Below, in pieces: positions 15,141 to 22,669 of a DNA stretch of 24,000 nucleotides (the first letter of the stretch is position 1; each line of letters begins with the position of its first letter). The notes under the pieces were generated by a model, which was not told where the DNA came from, made no database searches, and saw only the letters and a list, made by a program, of their open reading frames with translations. The DNA comes from Eubacterium sp. AF22-8LB. Its GTDB lineage: Bacteria > Bacillota_I > Bacilli_A > Erysipelotrichales > Erysipelotrichaceae. A program made the translations under genes and the position numbers. Location: positions 57,997 to 81,996 of the forward strand of contig NZ_QRVI01000001.1 in the NCBI RefSeq assembly GCF_003458715.1, read 5' to 3'.

Positions 15141-15830
15141 TTAGAAACTCCTTTTCTTCCGAACATACAATTGATATAGATTCAACAAGATTACAGCTGT
15201 AAAACAAATACCAATAATTACCCACACATAAAAGGCAGCAGAATCCATATCTCCACTCATCACTTCACTATAAACAGCAACCGGAAGTGTCCTTGTCTTT
15301 CCTATAATGTTTCCCGCAAGCATTGCCGTTGCCCCAAACTCACCTAGACCACGCGCAAAAGCAAGTACTCCACCACTAATAATTCCCGGCAAGGCATTGG
15401 GAATTAACACCTTTAAAAAGATGCTCCATTCACTCATTCCTAGAGTTCTTGCGACATAGACCAAATCCATATCCACCTGTTCAAAAGCCCCCCTGGCATT
15501 GCGGTACATAAGTGGAAAAGATATCACAACAGCTGCAATCACGGTAGCGCTAAAGCTAAATGCGATACGAACACCAAATGCATTCATAAAGAACTTGCCT
15601 ACGGGTTGATTCACGCCAAAGATCATCAACAAGAAAAAGCCAGCTACTGTTGGTGGTAAAACCATAGGCAAAGTAAAGAGTCCATCAAATATCATTTTCA
15701 ATGCTTCACTTTTTCGTGAATAGATCCACCATGCAGCTAGCAAACCAAGAATAAACGTAATCACAATTGTGATACTTGCCGTTTTTAGAGATATCCAGAT
15801 AGGGGTTAAATCCAAGTTATTTCCTTGCAC
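15141..15830 (-). CDS. modB: Molybdate ABC transporter permease
   Basis: 229 aa with about 5 TM helices. EAA-loop region ARTLGMSEWSIFLKVLIPNALPGIISG. It sits next to modC and modA. Confidence 0.85.
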   Translation of the reverse strand: MQGNNLDLTPIWISLKTASITIVITFILGLLAAWWIYSRKSEALKMIFDGLFTLPMVLPPTVAGFFLLMIFGVNQPVGKFFMNAFGVRIAFSFSATVIAAVVISFPLMYRNARGAFEQVDMDLVYVARTLGMSEWSIFLKVLIPNALPGIISGGVLAFARGLGEFGATAMLAGNIIGKTRTLPVAVYSEVMSGDMDSAAFYVWVIIGICFTAVILLNLYQLYVRKKRSF

Positions 15831-16752
15831 ACTCTCTCGCTTCCCCTTTCATGATTTCTAAACCATGTTTTAATGGGCCTAAAATAATATCTAAGCTTTC
15901 CTTTACTGCCTTAGGACTTCCTGGTAAATTGATAATCAACGTTTGATTTCTTAATACACTTACACCACGTGACAACATAGCCTTGTTGGTATATTTCATC
16001 GATTCATAACGTAATGCCTCACTAATACCCGGAACATTGCGTGTCATAACTTTCATTGTGGCTTCCGGCGTCACATCACGAATACTTAACCCAGTTCCTC
16101 CGGTTGTAAGAATCAAATCATTTTGGCAACGATCACTTAAATTGATCAATTGCGAAATAATTTCATTTTCATCATCCGCAATTACCGTTACACTCGTCAC
16201 ATTGTATCCATGTTCTGTCATGATTTTTTTAATCAATGGACCACTCTCATCTTTTCTTTGTCCTACACTAGCCTTATCACTTAGTGTTAATACGGCTACG
16301 CGCATTCTAGAATCCTTATTTTCAATGACTTCAACTTTATTTCCAACACAAATATGTCCACCATGTATTACACGAGTAAACACCCCTAAATGAGGCATAA
16401 TACACTGTCCTACTTGATGATAAATAGCGCAATGTGAATGACAGCTTTTTCCAATTTGAGTAAGTTCTAGTAATACGTCTCCAATCTTAAATTGTGTTCC
16501 TACAGGATAATCTGTGAATTCAATACCTGATACAAGTAAATTTTCACCAAAGGCTCCATCCTCTACATTGGCTCCTTTGGCCTTAAATTCTTCACGCTTT
16601 TCATATGATAATAAAGAAACCTGGCGATGCCACTTGCCTGCATGTGCATCATTTTCTAATCCATGATCTTCAATAATTTTAATATCTTGAACTGGATGTT
16701 TTTCCGTTCCTTTTTGTTTGCTGATACAAATAGCTTTAATTATTCCTTCCAT
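15817..16752 (-). CDS. Fusion: MOSC domain (N-terminal about 145 aa) joined to a MogA/MoaB molybdopterin adenylyltransferase-type domain
   Basis: MOSC part: [19 protein letters not shown]...[11 protein letters not shown]...[10 protein letters not shown]...[10 protein letters not shown]. MogA/MoaB part: [11 protein letters not shown]...[21 protein letters not shown]...INLPGSPKA. Confidence 0.8.
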   Translation of the reverse strand: MEGIIKAICISKQKGTEKHPVQDIKIIEDHGLENDAHAGKWHRQVSLLSYEKREEFKAKGANVEDGAFGENLLVSGIEFTDYPVGTQFKIGDVLLELTQIGKSCHSHCAIYHQVGQCIMPHLGVFTRVIHGGHICVGNKVEVIENKDSRMRVAVLTLSDKASVGQRKDESGPLIKKIMTEHGYNVTSVTVIADDENEIISQLINLSDRCQNDLILTTGGTGLSIRDVTPEATMKVMTRNVPGISEALRYESMKYTNKAMLSRGVSVLRNQTLIINLPGSPKAVKESLDIILGPLKHGLEIMKGEARECARK

Positions 16753-17216
16753 ACAAAATCCCCACTCTTTCCACCTGATTTAGAAACCAAATGTATATTC
16801 TTGATTTCCATATCTTTACTTATAGCTTTACACATGTCATAAATTGTCAGAAGACAAACATTCACACCTGTCAAGGCTTCCATTTCTACACCTGTTTTTC
16901 CATTACACTTAACTGTACAATAGGCGTAGATCAAACAATTCTCTTTATCGATTTCAAAATCAATATTTACTTTATTGATCATTAAAGGATGACACAAAGG
17001 AATCAAATCACTCGTCTTTTTTACACCCATGATTCCAGCTATTCGAGCTACACCTAGTACATCCCCTTTTTTCATATCGCTATGTTCGATTTTCTCAATA
17101 ATCTCTTTATTCACTAATATACTTCCAACAGCACAGGCGCTTCTTGAAGTGATATCCTTTTCACTTACATCCACCATACGTGCGTTTCCTTGTTTATCAA
17201 AATGCGTTAATTCCAT
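16740..17216 (-). CDS. moaC: Cyclic pyranopterin monophosphate synthase accessory protein MoaC
   Basis: [23 protein letters not shown] and GVEMEALTG motifs. I moved the start to the ATG at 17216 (SD GGAGG 5 nt upstream, 1 nt after the moaA stop) instead of 17234. Confidence 0.9.
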   Translation of the reverse strand: MELTHFDKQGNARMVDVSEKDITSRSACAVGSILVNKEIIEKIEHSDMKKGDVLGVARIAGIMGVKKTSDLIPLCHPLMINKVNIDFEIDKENCLIYAYCTVKCNGKTGVEMEALTGVNVCLLTIYDMCKAISKDMEIKNIHLVSKSGGKSGDFVWKE

Positions 17217-17217
17217 T

Positions 17218-18162
17218 TCATCCTCCAATTTCATTCATCACCGTCGATGAATTTTCCTTCTCAAAATGATGTTCCTTAGGCTTCTTGAATATCCACTCTC
17301 TCATCACTTTTTCTAATTCTGATAAATTATCTAAATATGGCTTTAAATCCACACCATCCATATGGAATAAACATAATTTCAATCGTCCTACACTACTTAA
17401 GCGTATACGATTACAGTCTTGACAAAACTTATTATGTAACGCTTCAATAAAACCAATATAGCCTTGATAATCTGTTATTTTATAATAGTGTGCCGGCCCA
17501 TTTCCAAGCTTTTTATCGTACACATTTAATGTATAATTCTTTTGTACATATTCAATCAATTCATCCATTTTTGTGTTTCGATCACTATTCTTTAATGGCA
17601 TCAGTTCAATAAATCGCAGCGCAATCTTTTTATCTTTGATGAGTTCCAACATAGATTCAAAGCGTGAAAATGAAAATAGATTATCCACAACACAATTCAC
17701 TTTAACCGCAATTCCAATCTTATAAGCATATTCCAAATTCAAAAGAATTTTCTTCAAATTATTTATCTTACATATCTTTAAATATTCAGATTCATCTAAT
17801 GTATCAATTGAAAAATTTATACAATCAATACCAATCTTTTTGAGTTCATCTAAATCAGAAAACGAAAATAAACTTCCATTGGTCGTTAGTGTTACTTGTT
17901 CAACACCATCTAATTCTTTCAATCTACGAATAAATCCAATATATCCTTTACGAAGTGTGGGTTCTCCACCCGTAATTTTAAATCGCGTGATTCCTAATAA
18001 AACGGCACATCTACAAATATCTAAAAGTTGTTCATACGTTAATATATCCGAATGACAAAGATGTTTTGCGATATCTGGCTTGCAGTAGTAACAAGCATAG
18101 TTACATCGGTCTGTTAATGAAATTCGCATATAATTTATGTTTCGTCCAAATGAATCTTGCAT
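17218..18162 (-). CDS. moaA: GTP 3',8-cyclase MoaA (radical SAM)
   Basis: [19 protein letters not shown] radical-SAM cluster motif, a C-terminal CxxCxRxRL second cluster ([12 protein letters not shown]) and a terminal GG. SD GGGAAGGA. Confidence 0.9.
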   Translation of the reverse strand: MQDSFGRNINYMRISLTDRCNYACYYCKPDIAKHLCHSDILTYEQLLDICRCAVLLGITRFKITGGEPTLRKGYIGFIRRLKELDGVEQVTLTTNGSLFSFSDLDELKKIGIDCINFSIDTLDESEYLKICKINNLKKILLNLEYAYKIGIAVKVNCVVDNLFSFSRFESMLELIKDKKIALRFIELMPLKNSDRNTKMDELIEYVQKNYTLNVYDKKLGNGPAHYYKITDYQGYIGFIEALHNKFCQDCNRIRLSSVGRLKLCLFHMDGVDLKPYLDNLSELEKVMREWIFKKPKEHHFEKENSSTVMNEIGG

Positions 18163-18174
18163 AATATCCTTCCC

Positions 18175-18196
18175 GTTATTCTCATGCGAGAATAAC
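18175..18196. promoter_or_regulatory. Perfect inverted repeat GTTATTCTC-N4-GAGAATAAC between the candidate promoter and the moaA SD (operator or 5'-UTR hairpin)
   Basis: The 9-bp perfect arms were read directly. The repeat ends immediately next to the SD, 13-34 nt upstream of the moaA ATG. Confidence 0.45.
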
Positions 18197-18207
18197 CAAC
18201 TGATTCA

Positions 18208-18236
18208 ATTTTATCATTGAATCTACATTTTATCTA
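18208..18236 (-). promoter_or_regulatory. Candidate promoter of the Mo/Se operon (extended -10 TGATAAAAT, weak -35 TAGATA, 17-nt spacer)
   Basis: Minus strand reads ...TAGATAaaatgtagattcaaTGaTAAAATtgaatc... This is the only sigma-A-like -10 upstream of moaA in the 89-nt intergenic region. Confidence 0.35.
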
Positions 18237-18245
18237 CTTTAAAAT
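18217..18245 (+). promoter_or_regulatory. Candidate tag promoter TTGAAT-17 nt-TAAAAT, ending 6 nt before the ATG
   Basis: TTGAAT at 18217-18222 and TAAAAT at 18240-18245. The ATG at 18252 is fixed by homology (MKRCTW versus E. coli MERCGW). Confidence 0.4.
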
Positions 18246-18251
18246 GGAATC

Positions 18252-18791
18252 ATGAAACGATGTACGTGGTGTAATCTAAACAATCCAAAATATATTGAAT
18301 ATCATGATAACGAATGGGGAAAACTGAATACAGATGAAAAATATCTATTTGAAATGTTGATACTTGAATCTTTTCAGGCAGGACTAAGCTGGCAATGTAT
18401 TCTAAATAAAAGAGAAGCTTTTAAAGAGGCTTATGAAGACTTTGACATTGATAAAGTGATTGAATTTGATGAAGAAAAAGTAGAACAATTAAGAAACAAT
18501 CCTAATATCATTCGTAACAAATTAAAGATCAAAGCGAGTATTTCAAATGCGAAGATTTTTAAATCCATTCAAGAAGAGTATCAAACTTTTTATAATTATT
18601 TATGTACTTTTACACATGGGAAGATTAATTATGAAACAGGAAAAACCACATCGACTCTTTCGGATTCCATATCAAATGATTTAAAAAAAAGAGGCATGAA
18701 GTTTGTAGGAAGCACCATTATATACTCCTATCTTCAAGCCATTGGTGTTATTTATTCTCACGAAAAAGATTGTTTCTTATACAAAGACTAA
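18252..18791 (+). CDS. tag: DNA-3-methyladenine glycosylase I
   Basis: Full-length similarity to E. coli Tag recalled from memory: RC.W....P.YI.YHDNEWG, FEML.LE.FQAGLSW, KFVG.TI.YS.LQA.G...H...C. Confidence 0.9.
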   Translation: MKRCTWCNLNNPKYIEYHDNEWGKLNTDEKYLFEMLILESFQAGLSWQCILNKREAFKEAYEDFDIDKVIEFDEEKVEQLRNNPNIIRNKLKIKASISNAKIFKSIQEEYQTFYNYLCTFTHGKINYETGKTTSTLSDSISNDLKKRGMKFVGSTIIYSYLQAIGVIYSHEKDCFLYKD

Positions 18792-19120
18792 TCCCATGTT
18801 TTCCATACATTTGGTTCATAACCTACTGTCGCCAATTTGCCGTTACGCACGATTGGCGTTTTTAGTATGTGCTGGTTAAGATACACCTTTTCCTCTTTAT
18901 TCGATAAATAATTCAACATCGTCAATAATTCTTTATCCTTCGCCTTTGGATCAATCATAGAATCAATTCCTACTTGTCTTAATACACTCTCAAATTCTTT
19001 CTTACTCATTTCTTTTTCATCTAAATTGATAAACTGAAACTTAATATTTCTTTCTTTAAAATAGCGTTGTGCTTTCTTTGTATCAAAGCACTTGTTCTTC
19101 CCAAAAATCTGTATATTCAT
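18788..19120 (-). CDS. ArsC/Spx/YffB-family thioredoxin-fold protein
   Basis: 110 aa. N-terminus IQIFGKNKCFDTKKAQRYFKERNIKFQFINL is typical of the ArsC family. Its start overlaps the upstream amidohydrolase stop as ATGA. Confidence 0.7.
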   Translation of the reverse strand: MNIQIFGKNKCFDTKKAQRYFKERNIKFQFINLDEKEMSKKEFESVLRQVGIDSMIDPKAKDKELLTMLNYLSNKEEKVYLNQHILKTPIVRNGKLATVGYEPNVWKTWD

Positions 19121-20382
19121 CGCATTAACCTCTCTACCCTTTTTTGTACTTCATCATATAGTGTCTCAATCTCAAATCCTACATGAAAATGTCCATCTTC
19201 ATATAGAATCTTTCCATTGACCATCGTATATTTTACATTGGATTTAGATCCGCTGTATACAATATTTTTTGCGACATTATTCATTGGCTGCATATTCGGT
19301 TGATGTAAATCTAAAACAATTAAATCTGCCAACTTTCCAGCTTCTAATACCCCACAATTTAAATTTAAAGCCTTGGCTGCATTGACTGTAGCCATTTTTA
19401 GTACTTCATATGCATCGACTGCAGAAGCATCCTTCTCTTTATATTTTGCCAATCCCGTCACTAAAAACATTTCTCTAAACATATCTAGACAATTATTACT
19501 TGCCGCACCATCCGTTCCTAGACATATGTTAATCTTTCGTTGAAGCATCGATTGGATTGGGGCTATACCACTGGCAAGCTTTAAATTGGATGCAGGATTC
19601 GTGATAACATTTAAGTGTTTTTCTTCAAATAACGCTAAATCGTGTTCACTCATATGCACACAATGAAAGGCTCCACCGCCATAGTCATATACACCTAGAT
19701 CACATAAGTATTCAACAGGACTGCGTCCCGTCTTTTCTTTGCATGTATTAACTTCATATTCTGTTTCACTTAAATGTGTATAAACAGGTGCTTTATATTT
19801 ATGAGATAATGCAGCTACTTGTTGAATTTTTTCTTTAGAATTAGTATATTCATGACTAAAACCTAGTATATAAGAAATCAAACTATTTTCTTGATTGTAT
19901 TCATTGAAGCAACGCTCTACATCTTCTACAGATAGACAAAAGTCATTGACCGCACCACACAAAACTGTTCTATAATTCATATCAAGGCTTGCGTGTAAAA
20001 TAGCTTCTGGATTAATATACATATCAAAATTGGAAGTGATGCCGCTGGTTAAATATTCTAATATAGCTAATTTTGAGAAATAATAAATATCTTCTTCTGA
20101 AAGCTTTGCCTCAATCGGAAATACTTTTTCATTCAGCCACTGCTGTAAAGGCATATCATCGGCCATGGATCTTAAAAATGTCATTCCAGAATGGGTATGC
20201 GCATTGATAAAGCCAGGCATAATTAGATTCTGGCGTACATCTATTTCTCGGTCAAAACAAAAAGTAGAAGCTTTCACTTTTCCTACATATATAATCTTAT
20301 TATCTTCTATCCAGACTTCTCCTGAAAAAATATCAAAATCCTTCATCGTGAGGATTCGTGCATTATAGAATCGAATACGCAT
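19117..20382 (-). CDS. Amidohydrolase, MtaD-like (5'-methylthioadenosine / S-adenosylhomocysteine deaminase / chlorohydrolase family)
   Basis: PGFINAHTHSGMTFLRSMADDMPLQQWLNEKVFPIE, HLSET, LGTDGAASNN and LDL motifs. Start set to the second ATG at 20382 because its spacing to SD GAAGGG is better than for the ATG at 20388. Confidence 0.7.
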   Translation of the reverse strand: MRIRFYNARILTMKDFDIFSGEVWIEDNKIIYVGKVKASTFCFDREIDVRQNLIMPGFINAHTHSGMTFLRSMADDMPLQQWLNEKVFPIEAKLSEEDIYYFSKLAILEYLTSGITSNFDMYINPEAILHASLDMNYRTVLCGAVNDFCLSVEDVERCFNEYNQENSLISYILGFSHEYTNSKEKIQQVAALSHKYKAPVYTHLSETEYEVNTCKEKTGRSPVEYLCDLGVYDYGGGAFHCVHMSEHDLALFEEKHLNVITNPASNLKLASGIAPIQSMLQRKINICLGTDGAASNNCLDMFREMFLVTGLAKYKEKDASAVDAYEVLKMATVNAAKALNLNCGVLEAGKLADLIVLDLHQPNMQPMNNVAKNIVYSGSKSNVKYTMVNGKILYEDGHFHVGFEIETLYDEVQKRVERLMR

Positions 20383-20424
20383 ATGCATCCCTTCTTTCTA
20401 ATCTAATCATCCCACAAATAGAAT

Positions 20425-20456
20425 CAAAAAAAAAGAAATAACTTTTGATTATTTCT
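20425..20456 (-). terminator. AT-rich rho-independent terminator after the small membrane protein gene
   Basis: Minus-strand RNA reads AGAAAUAA-UCAAAAG-UUAUUUCU followed by U8. The 8-bp stem is AT-rich and overlaps the stop codon. Confidence 0.45.
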
Positions 20457-20880
20457 TCTTAAAAATCGATTTTATTAATTCGATAATCGCCACCACCAGC
20501 AGGAATATAAAGGACATCGCAAAATAACCGACTAAACCTGCCAAAATATCGTTAAAGTCCATTTCTCCCGTGTGCGAATACCATTGACCTATTTCAATCG
20601 CAAAGGTGATAACCACAAGTACGGTAAACACATAGAACCAGCTAATTAAAACTGTTAGATGTTTTTTTGCCATCCACTTAAATAGTGGATAAATCACTAG
20701 TAACATCGCAATTCCTAATAAACCAATAACTATGAAATGCAACTGCTTATCCGATAGTTGAGATTCATACGCATCATTCATACTTAAAATACGGCTATGT
20801 GTCTTATAGATGATGTCGATCAATATGTCGACAATCCTTTTTAAAGTTGAAGTATTATCCATCATGCGTGCATTATACAT
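20449..20880 (-). CDS. Small integral membrane protein (3-4 TM helices, possibly VanZ-like)
   Basis: The hydrophobic segments and EMDFNDILAGLVGY loosely resemble the VanZ D..D...N..G signature. No SD is visible. Confidence 0.5.
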   Translation of the reverse strand: MYNARMMDNTSTLKRIVDILIDIIYKTHSRILSMNDAYESQLSDKQLHFIVIGLLGIAMLLVIYPLFKWMAKKHLTVLISWFYVFTVLVVITFAIEIGQWYSHTGEMDFNDILAGLVGYFAMSFIFLLVVAIIELIKSIFKKK

Positions 20881-20946
20881 GATATCGTTCGATATTTCAA
20901 ATTTCGAAAAATTATACTATTATTGTATCAAAGGAGAACTTATATT

Positions 20947-22134
20947 ATGAAATACGATTTTACAACTCTTTTAAACCGAAAAGGACACGATGCCCTTGCC
21001 CTTGATGTTTTACCTATTAAAGATGCAGAAGTTGATCCAAACTTTACTCAAATCCCTATGTGGGTTGCAGATATGAACTTTCCTGTTTTTGAGAATATTC
21101 AAAGACAAATGATCAACAGAATCAACGAACCTCATTTTGGTTATTTTGAAATGCCAGAAGCCTATTATAAAGCCATTCAATTTTGGCAAAAAGAGACACA
21201 TAACATGGATGTGGAAAAAGAAGCTATCGGATATGAAAATGGTGTTCTTGGTATTTTATCCAGTGCACTTGAGGCTTTTAGTGCTAGTGGCGAACCCATT
21301 TTAGTGCAGTCACCATGTTATATTGGATTTATTCATACATTGAATAATTTGGGTAGAAAAATCATTGATAGTCCATTAAAGAAGGATGATAATTGGTCTC
21401 TAGATTATGAGGATATTGAAAAGAAAATCATTGCCAACAATATTCATTTTGCGATATTCTGTTCTCCACACAATCCAACGGGAAGAGTATGGAAAAAAGA
21501 AGAAATACAAAAATTTATAGATATCTGTAAAAAACATGATGTTTTAGTATTTAGCGATGAAATCTGGTCCGATCTAGTACGTAAAGAAAACACACATATT
21601 CCTACACAATCCGTAAGTGAAGATGCCAAAAATAGAACCATTGCAGCATATGCCCCTAGTAAAACATTTAATCTTGCTGGTTTAGTCGGCTCTTATCATA
21701 TTGTTTATGATAAATATCTTCGTGACCGATTAAATAAGCAGGCTTCTTTATCTCACTATAATTCACCAAATATTTTAAGTGTTCATGCCCTAATCGGTGC
21801 TTATTGTAAAGAGGGATTGGATTGGGTCAATGAATTAAATGAAGTGATTGCGAACAATGTAGATTATGCGATGGATTTTATCTGCACTCATTTCAAAGGT
21901 ATTGAAGTCATTAAGCCAGAAGGCACTTATATGTTATATCTAGATTGCACAAAGTATTTAGATACACACAATATCACCATGGATGAACTTTTAAAGAAAG
22001 GGGTTCACTATGGTGTATGTTGGCAGGATGGCCGTCCATTTATGAATCCAAATACGATTCGTATAAATTTAGCTTTACCAACTTGTTTAGTAGAAGAAGC
22101 ATTTTCTCGTTTAAAAGAATTTGTATTTAAGTAA
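20947..22134 (+). CDS. MalY/PatB-family PLP-dependent C-S lyase (cystathionine beta-lyase-like aminotransferase class I/II)
   Basis: MKYDFTTLLNRKG N-terminus, CSPHNPTGRVW, SDEIWSDL and the PLP lysine in APSKTFNLAGL. Start moved from the TTG at 20923 to the ATG at 20947 (SD AAGGAGA). Confidence 0.8.
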   Translation: MKYDFTTLLNRKGHDALALDVLPIKDAEVDPNFTQIPMWVADMNFPVFENIQRQMINRINEPHFGYFEMPEAYYKAIQFWQKETHNMDVEKEAIGYENGVLGILSSALEAFSASGEPILVQSPCYIGFIHTLNNLGRKIIDSPLKKDDNWSLDYEDIEKKIIANNIHFAIFCSPHNPTGRVWKKEEIQKFIDICKKHDVLVFSDEIWSDLVRKENTHIPTQSVSEDAKNRTIAAYAPSKTFNLAGLVGSYHIVYDKYLRDRLNKQASLSHYNSPNILSVHALIGAYCKEGLDWVNELNEVIANNVDYAMDFICTHFKGIEVIKPEGTYMLYLDCTKYLDTHNITMDELLKKGVHYGVCWQDGRPFMNPNTIRINLALPTCLVEEAFSRLKEFVFK

Positions 22135-22153
22135 AAGAAAGAGGAATCTGATT

Positions 22154-22669
22154 ATGAAAAATACAACAAAAAAATTAGTATCCTGTGCTTTATGCATCGC
22201 CCTAGGCGTATTACTTCCAATGGCCTTTCACATGATTCCAAATGCTGGAAGTGTATTTTTACCTATGCACATTCCTGTATTGATTTGTGGATTATTTTGT
22301 GGTGCACCCTATGGTTTGGCATGTGGAATCATCACGCCCTTTCTTTCAAGTATGACAACAGGCATGCCTCCAGCTATGATTTTACCTCAAATGGTCATTG
22401 AACTTGGTGTATATGGTTTAGTTACTGGTTTATGTGAAAAACACATCAATTTCAAAAACGAAATGTCAAAATTATACATGAGTTTAATTATTGCGATGCT
22501 TGCAGGAAGAATTGTGAATGGTTTAGTAAATACATTTGTACTAAGTACACAAGGCTATACACCATCTGTATTTATGATGGCTAGCTTTATTACTTGTCTT
22601 CCAGGTATTATCATTCAATTAATTGTAGTTCCAATTTTAGTTCGTATATTAAACAAAACAGTAGCCTAG
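22154..22669 (+). CDS. ECF-transporter S component-like membrane protein, substrate unknown
   Basis: 171 aa with about 5-6 TM helices. LLPMAFHMIP..GSVFLPMHIPVLICG..GAPYG pattern. Start set at the ATG at 22154 (SD AGAGGA), 19 nt after the C-S lyase stop. Confidence 0.6.
   Translation: MKNTTKKLVSCALCIALGVLLPMAFHMIPNAGSVFLPMHIPVLICGLFCGAPYGLACGIITPFLSSMTTGMPPAMILPQMVIELGVYGLVTGLCEKHINFKNEMSKLYMSLIIAMLAGRIVNGLVNTFVLSTQGYTPSVFMMASFITCLPGIIIQLIVVPILVRILNKTVA

Noticed and set aside
18163-18251. Moco riboswitch upstream of moaA
   Set aside because: The whole intergenic region is 89 nt and also has to hold two promoters, whereas the Moco RNA motif needs roughly 130 nt or more with characteristic conserved stems. 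I see only a single 9-bp hairpin.
19117-20388. The amidohydrolase as SsnA or guanine deaminase of a selenium-dependent purine catabolic pathway
   Set aside because: The metal-binding region reads INAHTHSGMTFLRSMADDMPLQQWL, which matches the MtaD/chlorohydrolase pattern (HTH...LRG.ADD.PL..WL) rather than the SsnA-type SHNHFY pattern I recall. A purine link cannot be excluded without phylogeny.
20881-20946. S-box (SAM) riboswitch or T-box leader upstream of the MalY/PatB-type lyase
   Set aside because: Only about 65 nt are available between the divergent start codons, which is far too short for either element. No specifier or antiterminator-like structure is visible.
20923-22153. Longer ORF-track starts: TTG 20923, ATG 22121, GTG 8719, ATG 7368, ATG 17234, ATG 12753 and TTG 4904
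   Set aside because: In each case a downstream start has a properly spaced SD and matches the N-terminus expected from homologues. Those starts also remove implausibly long overlaps with the preceding gene, so I used the shorter models.
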